A DNA stretch of 63,862 bases, counting the filler, from Babesia bigemina (lineage: Eukaryota): NCBI RefSeq assembly GCF_000981445.1. It is 17 parts of 17 records of this genome, joined end to end, with 100 filler letters (N's around TTAATTAATTAA, not from the genome) between each part and the next. Parts side by side here need not be neighbours in the genome. Positions count along the whole stretch, not along the records: positions 33,134 to 36,546 come from NW_012237030.1; positions 36,647 to 38,672 come from NW_012237031.1; positions 38,773 to 43,948 come from NW_012237032.1; positions 44,049 to 46,578 come from NW_012237033.1; positions 46,679 to 49,483 come from NW_012237034.1; 12 more parts are not named here. One strand, written 5' to 3'. Positions 35,433 through 46,949 of this stretch are shown here, piece by piece; positions within the stretch are counted from its first letter, which is position 1, and each line of letters opens with the position of its first letter. The notes under the pieces were generated by a model that was not told the origin of the DNA, ran no database searches, and saw only the letters and a list, made by a program, of their open reading frames with translations. The translations under genes and the position numbers were made by a program.

Positions 35433-35579
35433 TCAGCTGCGCAGTAGATACCGCACCCTGTGGAACGGCCGGATGCGGAAGTAGACCATGACGCAGATGA
35501 CGACGATGATGAGGGCGACGGGGATGATGATGTAAGGGGCGGCAGTTATGGTCACCGCACTGCTCATGTAATTTGCCAT
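35433..35579 (-). CDS. Headless TM/tail module B (48 aa, absent from the ORF track)
   Basis: Manual translation MANYMSSAVTITAAPYIIIPVALIIVVICVMVYFRIRPFHRVRYLLRS*, matching the C-terminus of 56627..57034. Confidence 0.55.
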   Translation of the reverse strand: MANYMSSAVTITAAPYIIIPVALIIVVICVMVYFRIRPFHRVRYLLRS

Positions 35580-35676
35580 CAAGCAATCATTACTGTCTAC
35601 AACATTAGATGTGAGTTGCCAGTTAGGTGATCAATGGGATTATGATTAACAAAGTTTGCGCTAACAATCGCTGAGT

Positions 35677-36230
35677 TTAGCTGTAAAACGCGATGCAGAA
35701 CGGTACTTTGCGTACGAGGAAATCGCGGATGTTGCGGCCCACCGGGAAGCGGAAGATGCACAGGTCGAGCAGGATGATGGCGACGATGATGGCAACGATG
35801 ACGGCGGCGATGGCTTGGGGGTCAGGGCGGAAACCTGTGGAGGCATCTGGATTAGAGTCTCTAGAGGAATCTTCATCAGTGCCAAGAACGGACAAGCGCC
35901 GATCACTGGTTGCGTGATGCTGAGTATCGGAGGAAGTAGTGAGAGGCTGTGGAGCGGGGGGTTTGCAGGTTTCAGGCTCCTGTACACATTTCTGTTTACA
36001 ACATGTACATTGACACTGGGGGTTGGTACACTTTATCTTTACGGAACCACATCCGTCAGGATGGCAGTCCTTGCTTTTTTGGCGATATAGGAGAAACCTT
36101 CCGTAACATACATCGCAACCCCTGCCATTTGGACATATTTTACACACCATGGACAGCAATAACAAACCTCAAACGTTCTACATCCATAACCACAATCGTT
36201 ACACGGGTAACCGTATATTCTCCCACTCAT
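35677..36230 (-). CDS. Small Cys-rich single-TM protein with tail A; 1-nt deletion frameshift at ~36144
   Basis: MSG...FEVCYCCPWC joins CKIC...DCHPDGCG...CQCTCC, colinear with paralog 56627..57034 (VCYCCPWCC...CHPSDCG...CQCTCC). Confidence 0.7.
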
Positions 36231-36239
36231 CTTTCCTGC

Positions 36240-36480
36240 TCCCTCACACTCCCCTCAACCTGCAACCATATCAATCACTCAAGCAGCACTCACCTACTGC
36301 AACACTAACACTGCCGCTCCCACTTCCCTCAACCTGGAGAAATATCAATCTCCTAAGCAACGCACTCACCAACTACTACAGCTACCACTGACGCTCCCAG
36401 TCCCTCACCTGCAAAATGGCCATCACTCCAGCAAGGCCTTCACACTGCAACCGTTAAATGCCCGCCAGTCCCTCACTGAG
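36240..36480 (-). repeat. ~75-bp array upstream of the Cys-rich gene
   Basis: CCCCTCAACCTGCA...CACTCACC.ACTGC units. Confidence 0.8.
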
Positions 36481-36696
36481 TTATCCTAGAGATAATGATA
36501 ATGGCCGCTTGTCACACCTCCTCGCGACGTCTTTACCGGACTAAAANNNNNNNNNNNNNNNNNNNNNNNNNNNNNNNNNNNNNNNNNNNNTTAATTAATT
36601 AANNNNNNNNNNNNNNNNNNNNNNNNNNNNNNNNNNNNNNNNNNNNTTGGGACGCACAGATGCGCCAAGTGGTGACCAACGTGTTGACCAAGTTGA

Positions 36697-36889
36697 TGGT
36701 CACGGCAGCGATGACATGGTCACGGCAGCGATGACATGACATGGTTACCGCAGCGATGACATGGACACGGCAGCGATGACATGGTTACGGCAGCGATGAC
36801 ATGGTCACGGCAGCGATGACATGGTCACGGCAGCGATGTCATGGACACGGCAGCGATGACATGGTTACGGCAGCGATGACATGGTCACA
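36697..36889 (+). repeat. 20-bp tandem array, preceded by a 12-bp remnant
   Basis: Direct periodicity. Confidence 0.93.
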
Positions 36890-36902
36890 AGTGGTGATCA
36901 TT

Positions 36903-37420
36903 ATCCACTCCACATCGCTCCCTAATCCACTCTACATCGCCGCTTAACCCACTCTACATCGCCCCTTTATCCACTCCACATCGCTCCCTAACCCACTCCA
37001 CATCGCTCCCTAATCCACTCCACATCGCTCCTTATCCACTCTACATCGCCCCTTTACTCACTCTACATCGCTCCCTGACCCACTCCACATCGCTCCCTAA
37101 TCCACTCCACATCGCTCCTTATCCACTCTACATCGCCCCTTTATCCACTCTACATCGCCCCTTAACCCACTCTACATCGCTCCCTAACTCACTCTACATC
37201 GCCCCTTAACCCACTCTACATCGCTCCTTTATCCACTCTACATCGCCCCTTAACCCACCTTACATCGCCCCTTAATCCACTCTACATCGCTCCTTAACCC
37301 ACTCCACATCGCTACCTAACCCACTCTACATCGCCCCTTTAACCACTCTACATCGCCCCTTTATCCACTCTACATCGCTCCTTAACCCACTCCGCATCGC
37401 TCCATAACCCACTCTACATC
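36903..37420 (+). repeat. 22-bp minisatellite, ~23 units
   Basis: Same unit. Confidence 0.95.
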
Positions 37421-37448
37421 CCTCGAATTACCTCGCCATAATACCGCT

Positions 37449-38672
37449 ATGACCTCTTTAAACTACAATAATAACTTGTACCTTGTCACCCTTCACTTCC
37501 CCTCTTCCACCTCTTGCCACTGCCCTGACCATGTGCCGCCTAGGGAGCTTGACAAGAAATTTGACAAAATTTAAAACCTCAAAAACACCTCAAATAACAC
37601 CCCTAATAACATCCTTACTAACCTCTGCTCTGGCGTCGAAACTTTCCTCGGCTTCAACTCTGAATCCAAAGGCTACAATGGCAAGGGGATTGTGTACTCC
37701 GACCTGGATAGGCTGTGTGACGGGGTGATGGGATTTTTGTATCAGGTGCTTAAGGATGTCAGCGAGAAACAGCCTTATGAATCAGGTTAGCGAATGTTTT
37801 TAGACCGTTTAATTCGTGAAATATATGCCAAATTATGTTCAGGTGTTGAAGGCTTCAAGAGCGTCGTAGACCGTGTCATCAGCAGGGTGAAGCAGTACAA
37901 TGAGAAAGTTGTAGACTCAAATGACAAGGTAAGTGAACCGATTAATGAACTATTAGGTAAGGTGAGAGACGAGTATACCAAGTCAATTACTAGCATTCCA
38001 GATAAAACGGACTTGAAAATCATGACTCCAGAAGAAATCGGCAAGATTGTCTCGCCCGTTGATAAGTTGAGAGATGCGTGCATAAGCAGCGCAAAGTCAT
38101 TTGACACCAAACTTACTAAGTTAACTAAGCATATTAATGATCTTAATTATAAATTGCGTGACAGTGTAAAAACTACGCGTGAGCGTATTCAGCTTGAGAC
38201 TGCACGTGTTGAGGCGATGTCCAAAAAGGAACGCGAGAACTACGACGCGGTTATAAAGCTGCTCGAAGATTCCGCAGAAAACTTGAAAAAAGTGGTAAAC
38301 CAAAAAGTTAAGAATGATGTGAGTTCGCTAGTCGCGGAGTTGAAGAGAAGGGTTTCGGAGATTTTGAAAAAGCTGGAGACAATTTTTTCCAGTTTGCAGC
38401 AGTATGTCAGCAAGTTGCAGGAATGGATTAAGAAAGCAGATGCCGACGTTAAGTCGGCACACGCGCAGGTTGAAAGTATATTGAGGGAAGTGAATGAGAA
38501 TCCCATGTCGGCAAACAGGCAGAATGTCGAGGCCGCCGCACTGCAGTTGAAAGGAAAGCGGAAGAGTTTGTTGCTGCAGGACAGAAGGCAAAAGAGACGT
38601 TGCGAAACAGTAAGCTGCGCTTGCGATGTAAAAAGATGACAAGCCCTTAAAGGGATTTTTAAGGTGAAGATC
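37449..38672 (+). pseudogene. ves: Cap-fused ves fragment with in-frame TAA (37572) and TAG (~37788)
   Basis: Reading from ATG 37449 through both stops gives continuous ves sequence into ORF 37794..38639. Confidence 0.78.
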
Positions 38673-39325
38673 NNNNNNNNNNNNNNNNNNNNNNNNNNNN
38701 NNNNNNNNNNNNNNNNTTAATTAATTAANNNNNNNNNNNNNNNNNNNNNNNNNNNNNNNNNNNNNNNNNNNNGCCGGCCCCTCTTCCCTTCCTAGAAGCG
38801 GCCCGCAGCTTTCGTGTGGTCCCAGTCGGGTCTCTGCGCTCGAACCATACATTGTTAGTCTATTAGTTTGTACAGTGAACTTTGGCTCATGCGGGTTGCA
38901 TTTCCACGCCGTGGTTTATTTTCTCTGCTGGTATTTATCGGGACCAGACCTCCTTTATTTGACTTATCCAAAGAGTACGAAGGGGCCCCTCTCTAGCACC
39001 TCGTGAATGGCAGAGACGTACTAACCACACGGTAAATTGCTTTTTGACGGCTCGAGCGCAACGGGAATTTGTCCTTCTATGTTTTCGCGTGTATTCTAGA
39101 TCCTCATACAGAGGTCCTCGCAGGTTTTCGGGTTGTCAGAGCCTGTCTGCGACAACTTAATACACCCCGACGTTGTATGTGGATAGGATGATAAACCCCC
39201 ACTTCGCCCAAAAGTTAATAACTTCGTTCCACCTCCGGGGTGAGTAGAAAAACCACTGTTAAAGAAATTTCACATCCCCGGGAAACCAATTAACTGAAGT
39301 TTCCAAGGCAGCCCCCAACGGAGCG

Positions 39326-41773
39326 ATGGACAAGCTAAGCGATGTATCGCCAGTACTTAAAGGCGCTGATACCAATCTAAGCACATATTCAAACTGGGTT
39401 AAAAGTTTCTATGAAAAGTTCCTGACGTCCCTCCAATCCCAGCCCGACCTCTCCGACCACTCCCCTCGTCTCACCCCCCTCACCGGCGCCCTCTCCGCCC
39501 TGCTGTCCACAATGCACGACCACAAACACTTCTCTGCCGCCGTCTCCCGCAAGCTCGCCGACCTCCAAACACAGCTCGTCACCCTCACCCCCTCTGCATT
39601 CTCCCAGGCCTCCCCGCTGCTCAACGTCGTCAGGGCCGGCGTCCAGGCGTTCCACGGGGAGCTCGCGAAGCAGTACGTCAGCAGGTACTCGGGGGAGACG
39701 TTTGGCGCTGAGCTCGTCGAAAAAGATAAATTAACGCCGTACGGAACCAAGTTAAGTAAGCTTTTCCTGAGCGTAGTTTCGACCTTAAGGTCTTCGTTGG
39801 CTTCTCTGAGACGAGGTTCCAGAAATCTTAGCGGACAACAAGCAACCGCTTTTAGTGACCTCGCAAGACTCGTCGCCGATCAAGGCTACGATGTTTGCGA
39901 CTCCACAACTGAACAAAATGGAGAAGTAAAAAGACACTTGACTGGTAAAGGAATACAAATGTACCTTGTAGGCAACGACTATAATCATGTGTACCATACA
40001 GACAACAACGTTAGACGACCACTCGAAAATATGTACATTTACCTTAACGATTACTACAAAATCGGTCACATAGCTACTTCATCGTCAAAGAGACGCCCGT
40101 GTTCCATATACGAGATGCTCTGTTGGCTGTCTGGTCTGCCTTGCAATGACGTCTATGAGGATCTATGGCGTGACGCTGTCAGCGAGCTATTCGTCGATCC
40201 TAAGAACCAGCCAACTGAGAACGGTGACATTCCCGTGACCGTTGTCAGCGAGCAACCACTACAGGCGTATCCACACCCAATTGAGTGTAACGAAGCACAG
40301 AGAGCAGTGAAGCGCCTGTGTTCCAGAGCATATGACGTGCTGACTGAGATCATCGGCTACGGCGACGCATACACAATTTATGCCGTTGACCTCTGCAATA
40401 ACTCGCTTAATCTACATTATCCAACTGATGCTGCCAGTTGCCTGGAACTATTGCTGGACATCCTACGCAGATTGTTACCAGTCTTCAGATTTTTGCATAG
40501 CCAGTGTAAGCTTGGAACTAAGCATTTCGGTTGGTCAAATTGTCTGTACGGCAAGGATATCTTGAACGGTAAATCGCATTGTGATAAGCATCCAGATGAC
40601 AAGCAAACCGACTGCCTGCCCAGATCACCGCTTCAAGCGTACCTAAGTGACACGTTAACCGGCCATCTACCTCACCACGTTACTTCAATCGGATGCAAAT
40701 CCGTATGCAGCAATTGCCCCAAGGGCCTCCCCGGACAGCCGTGTCTGACGCCCCTTGGCTTTAGGGGTTTCTCTGGGAGTACGAAGCCAGGTAAACACCT
40801 ATCCAAAGTGCTAACCAATTTCTTCGACAAACTAGATGTCACACCGATATTCGGTCTAATGACCAAACCACCATCCACTTTGCCAGAACACTTCCAGTTC
40901 GCGTTGTCGTTGTCCAATATGCTAAAGAATGACGGCTCTCGTACAAATGACGTCAAAACAGCCTTCGACACATCAGCCAGGGAAGAGTCCATCGATCTAT
41001 ATAAGGAACCAGACAAACTCACAACTGCGCTTCGCAATGCATATGGCAGCCACGGTAGCTCAGGCCATTCGAAATTCACGGAAGTCGACCTGTCCACGCT
41101 TTCGGTATCGACGCCATGTACGTTTGCTAGTAGCGATAAGCTTCATTGCGCTCCGTATCTTAAATCTCTATGCGAGGATTCATACACCTATCTCGCCGAG
41201 AAGCATTCAGAACTGTATTTTTCATGGGCTCTCTATTTACCATTGGCATTGTACGATTGCTTGAAATCACTGCTGGACTCATTCGGCAATATCTCCTGCC
41301 GCGACTGGGGATGCAGTCGTTGTACGCATGGCACCAAATGTTCTCGCGGTAAGCACGGCATTGAGAACTGTCAGTGTCGCGGAATTGTCGAATGCCGCGG
41401 TGTAAGTAGTACCTTCTACAGTTACGGATTCACATTTGGCGATTCGACTAAATTACACGGCGATACCAGTAAGAGTTACTGCCATCATTTCCACATACAA
41501 CTGAAAAATGTATTGCAATCGACACATTTCACAGCATTGTTCAAGGAGTGCGACAACTACATGTGGATGATCAGGCAGCCGTTTATATGGCTCAACGTCG
41601 CACTCTGGTCACTCTCCCTCTTCTACCTCATCTGCGTAATGGTTGGCAGACTGGATGTGCTCCACATACGCTCACACCTGAGATCACCATCATCGCACAG
41701 GATTACTGCGCAATCATTGTTGGCTGCTGCGCAAGTCGGAAGGCTTGCCAAGATATCGTATCTACAGCCATGA
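39326..41773 (+). CDS. ves: ves C-terminal half (tail type II), mosaic of paralogs
   Basis: Cys-rich domain, TM, ...RLAKISYLQP. Confidence 0.87.
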   Translation: MDKLSDVSPVLKGADTNLSTYSNWVKSFYEKFLTSLQSQPDLSDHSPRLTPLTGALSALLSTMHDHKHFSAAVSRKLADLQTQLVTLTPSAFSQASPLLNVVRAGVQAFHGELAKQYVSRYSGETFGAELVEKDKLTPYGTKLSKLFLSVVSTLRSSLASLRRGSRNLSGQQATAFSDLARLVADQGYDVCDSTTEQNGEVKRHLTGKGIQMYLVGNDYNHVYHTDNNVRRPLENMYIYLNDYYKIGHIATSSSKRRPCSIYEMLCWLSGLPCNDVYEDLWRDAVSELFVDPKNQPTENGDIPVTVVSEQPLQAYPHPIECNEAQRAVKRLCSRAYDVLTEIIGYGDAYTIYAVDLCNNSLNLHYPTDAASCLELLLDILRRLLPVFRFLHSQCKLGTKHFGWSNCLYGKDILNGKSHCDKHPDDKQTDCLPRSPLQAYLSDTLTGHLPHHVTSIGCKSVCSNCPKGLPGQPCLTPLGFRGFSGSTKPGKHLSKVLTNFFDKLDVTPIFGLMTKPPSTLPEHFQFALSLSNMLKNDGSRTNDVKTAFDTSAREESIDLYKEPDKLTTALRNAYGSHGSSGHSKFTEVDLSTLSVSTPCTFASSDKLHCAPYLKSLCEDSYTYLAEKHSELYFSWALYLPLALYDCLKSLLDSFGNISCRDWGCSRCTHGTKCSRGKHGIENCQCRGIVECRGVSSTFYSYGFTFGDSTKLHGDTSKSYCHHFHIQLKNVLQSTHFTALFKECDNYMWMIRQPFIWLNVALWSLSLFYLICVMVGRLDVLHIRSHLRSPSSHRITAQSLLAAAQVGRLAKISYLQP

Positions 41774-41897
41774 TTGTATTCACACTTGTAATTCACACAA
41801 CTCACGTAACAACTCACCTACTCACCTAACAAACAAACGTAGTCTAATGTGTCGAATCACTAATCAATCGTTGTATGTGATTGTGTAGTAGCTAACT

Positions 41898-42485
41898 AAA
41901 GTGTTGACCAAGATGCTCCCCAAAGTGTTGACCAATGTGCTGACCAAAGTGGTGACCAACCACCTGACCAAAGTGGTGACCAATGCCATGACCAAAGTGC
42001 TGACCAATCACCTGACCAAAGTGGTGACCAAGCACCTGACCAAAGCGGTGACCAATGCCATGACCGGAGTGGTGACCAATGCCATGACCAAGGTGCTGAC
42101 CAATGCCACGACCAACGTGGTGACCAAGCACCTGACCTAAGTGGTGACCAACGTGGTGACCAATGTGCTGACCAATGCCATGACCAAAGTGGTGACCAAT
42201 GCCATGACCACAGTGTTGACCAACCACCTGACCAAGTCAATGGTCACGGCAGCGATGACATGGTTACGGCAGCGATGGCATGGTCACGGCAGCGATGGCA
42301 TGGTCACGGCAGCGATGACATGGACACGGCAGCGATGACCTGGTCACGGCAGCGATGTCATGGTCACAAGTGGTGATTATTATCCACCCTTCATCGCTCC
42401 TTTATCCACTGTACATCGCCCCTTTACCCACTCCACATCGCCCCTTAACCCACTCCACATCGCCCCTTTATCCACTCTACATCGC
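41898..42485 (+). repeat. Compact module: 12-bp (41898-42240), 20-bp (42241-42368) and 22-bp (42382-42485) arrays
   Basis: Same order as elsewhere; only ~5 units of the 22-mer. Confidence 0.93.
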
Positions 42486-42511
42486 TCGAATTACCTCGCC
42501 ATAATACCGCT

Positions 42512-43948
42512 ATGACCTCTTTAGACCACAATAATAACTTGTGCCTTGTCCCCCTTCACTTCCCCTCTTCCACCTCTTGCCACTGCCCTGACCATGTGCC
42601 GCCTAGGGAGCTTGGCAAGAAATTTGACAAAATTTAAAACCCTAAAATTACCTCAAATAACAACCCTACTAACATCCTTAATAACCTCTGCACTGGCCTC
42701 GAAACCTTCCTCGGCTTCAACTCTGAGACCAAAGGCTACGATGGCAATGGGATTGTGTACTCTGACTTGGACAGGCTGTGTGACGGGGTGATGGCGTTTT
42801 TGTATCAGGTGCTTAAAGATGTCAGCGAGAAACAGCCTTACAGTGTGGGTAAAGAGGAACTAAAAAAACTTGTTAGTGACCTTAAAACTAAATTATCCAC
42901 CGGGCGTAAGGGTTTTGAGGTCATTGCGCAGGTGGCGGAGAGGGTGGGGGGGTATAATGGTTTAGTAAAGCAAAGTAATGAAGCCGTAAGAGATAAGATA
43001 ACAAATTTAGATGAACAAATGGAACAAGTTAAAAAAGATGTTAAAGAAACATATCCTACAAAAGATGAAAAAGATGCTGAACCTGTTGCAGACAAAATCA
43101 ATGCCTCCCAGAGCAAAGTAACTGAGATCGTAAAAAAATGTCAACAACTTGCCAAAACTTTTAAAGCAGACATACTTACCTTAAAAGATAAAATTAAAGA
43201 TTTAGGTCATGAAGCAAACGAACAAATTAATAAAGCCAGAGACAATGTGGAGCGTGAAGGTCAGCGTCTTGGCAGGGTGCAGAAGAATGAGAAAGAACAG
43301 TACGAGGAGATGGAGAAGAAAATTACAAGTGTTCTGTTAGTCGTAAAAGATAAGTTGAATCAGGAAATTAGGAGCCAGGTGAATGGACTTATTAGTCTAC
43401 TAAATGAGAAGGTCAAAAACATTTTGAAGGAGTGTAGGCATATTTGTCGTACGCTTGAAAATTATCTTCTGGATCTGGATAAGTGGATGGAGACGGCCAA
43501 AGCATATATTGATGATGTAATGGAAAAACAGGTGGGAGCAATAAAAAAAGAAATTGATGGCGAGTCGGCAAATAAAAACAAGAATAAACTGGACGAGTCT
43601 ATTGAGACGCTCGGCAGTCAACTTGGTGATAAGGCGCAGCAGTTGGCAGCCTGGAATTCGGCGGCCGGGAGCGTTGTAACGCAAGCGAAGCAGAAGTGTA
43701 CGCAGATTGGTGGGATGGTTGAGACTACAAGATCAGACGATAAGAGTAAAATTTATGGGTTAGCAAGCGACATGAAAGATAAGGCTGATAAGCTGAGGCA
43801 GGCGGCGAAACACATTAAGCAGAACATTGGTGATCGGGTGCAGGGAGCGCTTCAGCAGGTGAAATCCATGGACGAGGCGCTGAAGAAGGATTTGTATAAG
43901 GTGAAGCAGGCGGTGGAGGGGCAGATGACGGGGATTAAGGAGGCGACT
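42512..43948 (+). pseudogene. ves: Cap-fused ves fragment with in-frame TAA at 42635; cut by contig end
   Basis: Cap ATG 42512 is in frame with ORF 42755.. except for the TAA at codon 42. Confidence 0.78.
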
Positions 43949-44048
43949 NNNNNNNNNNNNNNNNNNNNNNNNNNNNNNNNNNNNNNNNNNNNTTAATTAA
44001 TTAANNNNNNNNNNNNNNNNNNNNNNNNNNNNNNNNNNNNNNNNNNNN

Positions 44049-45625
44049 CCCCTTAATCCACTCTACATCGCTCCTTAACCCACTCTACATCGCCCCTTTA
44101 TCCACTCTCCATCGCTACCTAACCCACTCCACATCGCCCCTTTACCCACTCTACATCGCCCCTTAACCACCCTTCATCGCCCCTTTATCCACTCCACATC
44201 GCTCCTCTACCCACTCTACATCGCCCCTTTACCCACTCTACATCGCCCCTTAACGCACTCTACATCGCTCCCTAACCCACTCTACATCGCCCCTTAACCC
44301 ACTCCACATCGCTCCTTATCCACTCCACATCGCCCCTTTATCCACTCCACATCGCCCCTTTACCCACTCCACATCGCCCCTTAACCCACTCCACATCGCT
44401 CCTTTATCCACTCTACATCGCCCCTTTACCCACTCTACATCGCTCCCTAATCCACTCCACATCGCCCCTTAACCCACTCTACATCGCCCCTTAACCCACC
44501 TTACATCGCTCCCTTATCCACTCTACATCGCTCCCTAACCCACTCTACATCGCCCCTTAACCCACTCTACATCGCCCCTTAACCCACTCTACATCGCCCC
44601 TAATCCACTCTACATCGCTCCCTAACCCACTCTACATCGCTCCCTAACCCACTCTACATCGCTCCTTTATCCACTCTACATCGCCCCTTTATCCACTCTA
44701 CATCGCTCCTTTATCCACTCCACATCGCCCCTTATCCACTCTACATCGCTCCTTATCCACTCTACATCGCTCCCTAACCCACTCTACATCGCCCCTTACC
44801 CACTCTACATCGCCCCTTTATCCACTCTACATCGCCCCTTTATCCACTCTACATCGCCCCTTTATCCACTCTACATCGCCCCTTTATCCACTCTACATCG
44901 CCCCTTAACCCACTCTACATCGCTCCCTAACCCACTCTACATCGCTCCTTAACCCACTCTACATCGCCCCTTATCCACTCTACATCGCCCCTTTACCCAC
45001 TCTACATCGCCCCTTTACCCACTCTACATCGCCCCTTTATCCACTCTACATCGCCCCTTAACCCACTCTACATCGCCCCTTAATCCACTCTACATCGCCC
45101 CTTAACCCACTCTACATCGCTCCTTTACCCACTCTACATCGCCCCTTTATCCACTCTACATCGCTCCTTAACCCACTCTACATCGCCCCCTTTATCCACT
45201 CTACATCGCCCCTTTATCCACTCTACATCGCTCCTTTATCCACTCTACATCGCTCCTTTACCCACTCTACATCGCCCCTTTATCCACTCTACATCGCTCC
45301 TTAACCCACTCTACATCGCCCCCTAACCCACTCCACATCGCTCCTTTATCCACTCTACATCGCTCCTTAACCCACTCCACATCGCCCCTTAACCCACTCT
45401 ACATCGCCCCTTAACCCACTCTACATCGCTCCCTAACCCACTCTACATCGCTCCCTTACCCACTCTACATCGCTCCTTAATCCACTCCACATCGCCCCTT
45501 AACCCACTCTACATCGCTCCCTAACCCACTCTACATCGCTCCCTAACCCACTCTACATCGCCCCTTAACCCACTCCACACCGCTCCGTTATCCACTCTAC
45601 ATCGCCCCTTAACCCACTCTACATC
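44049..45625 (+). repeat. 22-bp minisatellite, >70 units
   Basis: Same unit. Confidence 0.96.
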
Positions 45626-45653
45626 CCTCGAATTACCTCGTCTTATTACCGCT

Positions 45654-46578
45654 ATGACCTCTTTAGACCACAATAATAACTTGTGCCTTGTCACCCTTCA
45701 CTTCCCTTCTTCCACCTCCTGCCACTGCCCTGACCATGTGCCGCCTAGGGAGCCTGGCAAGAAATTTGACAAAATTTAAAACCTTAAAATTACCTCAAAT
45801 AACAACCCTACTAACATCCTTAATAACCTCTGTTCCGGCCTCGAAACCTTCCTCGGCTTCAATCCATCCTCCAAAGGCTACACTGGCCAGGGGATTGTCT
45901 ACTCTGACCTTGACAGGCTGTGTGACGGGGTGATGGGATTTTTGAGTGGTATTCTCAGTAACATCAAAGAGCATTTAGGGCAGCATAAAAATGAAATAAA
46001 TATTGCAATTGAAGCTCTTAAGCAAAATAAACACGCCGGTAAAAACGGTTTTAATGTTGCGATTGTAAAGGTGGTCGCAGGGGTGCGGGGGTATAATGGT
46101 AATGTAAAGTCTTCTAATGAAGCAGTGAAAAAACCAATTGAAAAACTAAAAGAAGATATGAAGAAGTATACAAAAGGAAAATTAGATGAAATTAAAGATG
46201 ACGCAGACGTCGGTGATTCTGACCTTTCTGATGCTGTTACCGGAATTGGTAAAAAGTACAATGAGTTTATTAACTCAACTTTTGAAGTGCTGACTGCGTT
46301 GTCAAAAGCCGAAGAAGGCAGCAAAGCAATCAGTGATCTCAATCATAATTGTAAGAATAAAATTATTAATGCTGAAAAGACAATCAGGCATGAGTATGAT
46401 ACACTACAGATGACGTTTCAGAATCAATACACAGACTTAGAGAGATGTATTAATAGTGTGAATAGACATTTCAGTGCTCTTGAGCAACGGGTGAATAGTC
46501 TGGCAAGAGATCAAATTACAAAACTGGTAGATGAGATAAAAAAGAATTGAGTAACGCAGGCGAAAGAATGTCTCTCAA
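45654..46578 (+). pseudogene. ves: Cap-fused ves fragment with in-frame TAA at 45777
   Basis: Codon-42 stop, then GIVYSDLDRLCDGVMGFL into ORF 45930..46550. Confidence 0.77.
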
Positions 46579-46678
46579 NNNNNNNNNNNNNNNNNNNNNN
46601 NNNNNNNNNNNNNNNNNNNNNNTTAATTAATTAANNNNNNNNNNNNNNNNNNNNNNNNNNNNNNNNNNNNNNNNNNNN

Positions 46679-46912
46679 TCTGAAAACGTAAGATAATTTT
46701 GACGCTGTACTATCATCTTTTTGACTCTTAAGTAACTCCATATTACCGTTATTATCACCACCAATTTGTCTCATCAACCCCTTGAACCCGATAGTCAGAT
46801 CCCTCTCAATCTCCTCCGGCAACTCCTTCAACTCCTTTTCGACCTTGTCCGCGAACGCGGTGAGGAGGGATTTGATGGAGGACACGTAGTTGCGGCGGGC
46901 GGCGGTGATGAC
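46679..46912 (-). pseudogene. ves: Short internal ves fragment
   Basis: TAARRNYVSSIKSLLTAFADKV...EEIERDLTIGFKGLMR matches 7096-7235. Confidence 0.75.
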
Positions 46913-46949
46913 GCTGTACATCGACCCTATAACCGCTCCGGATAGCTCC

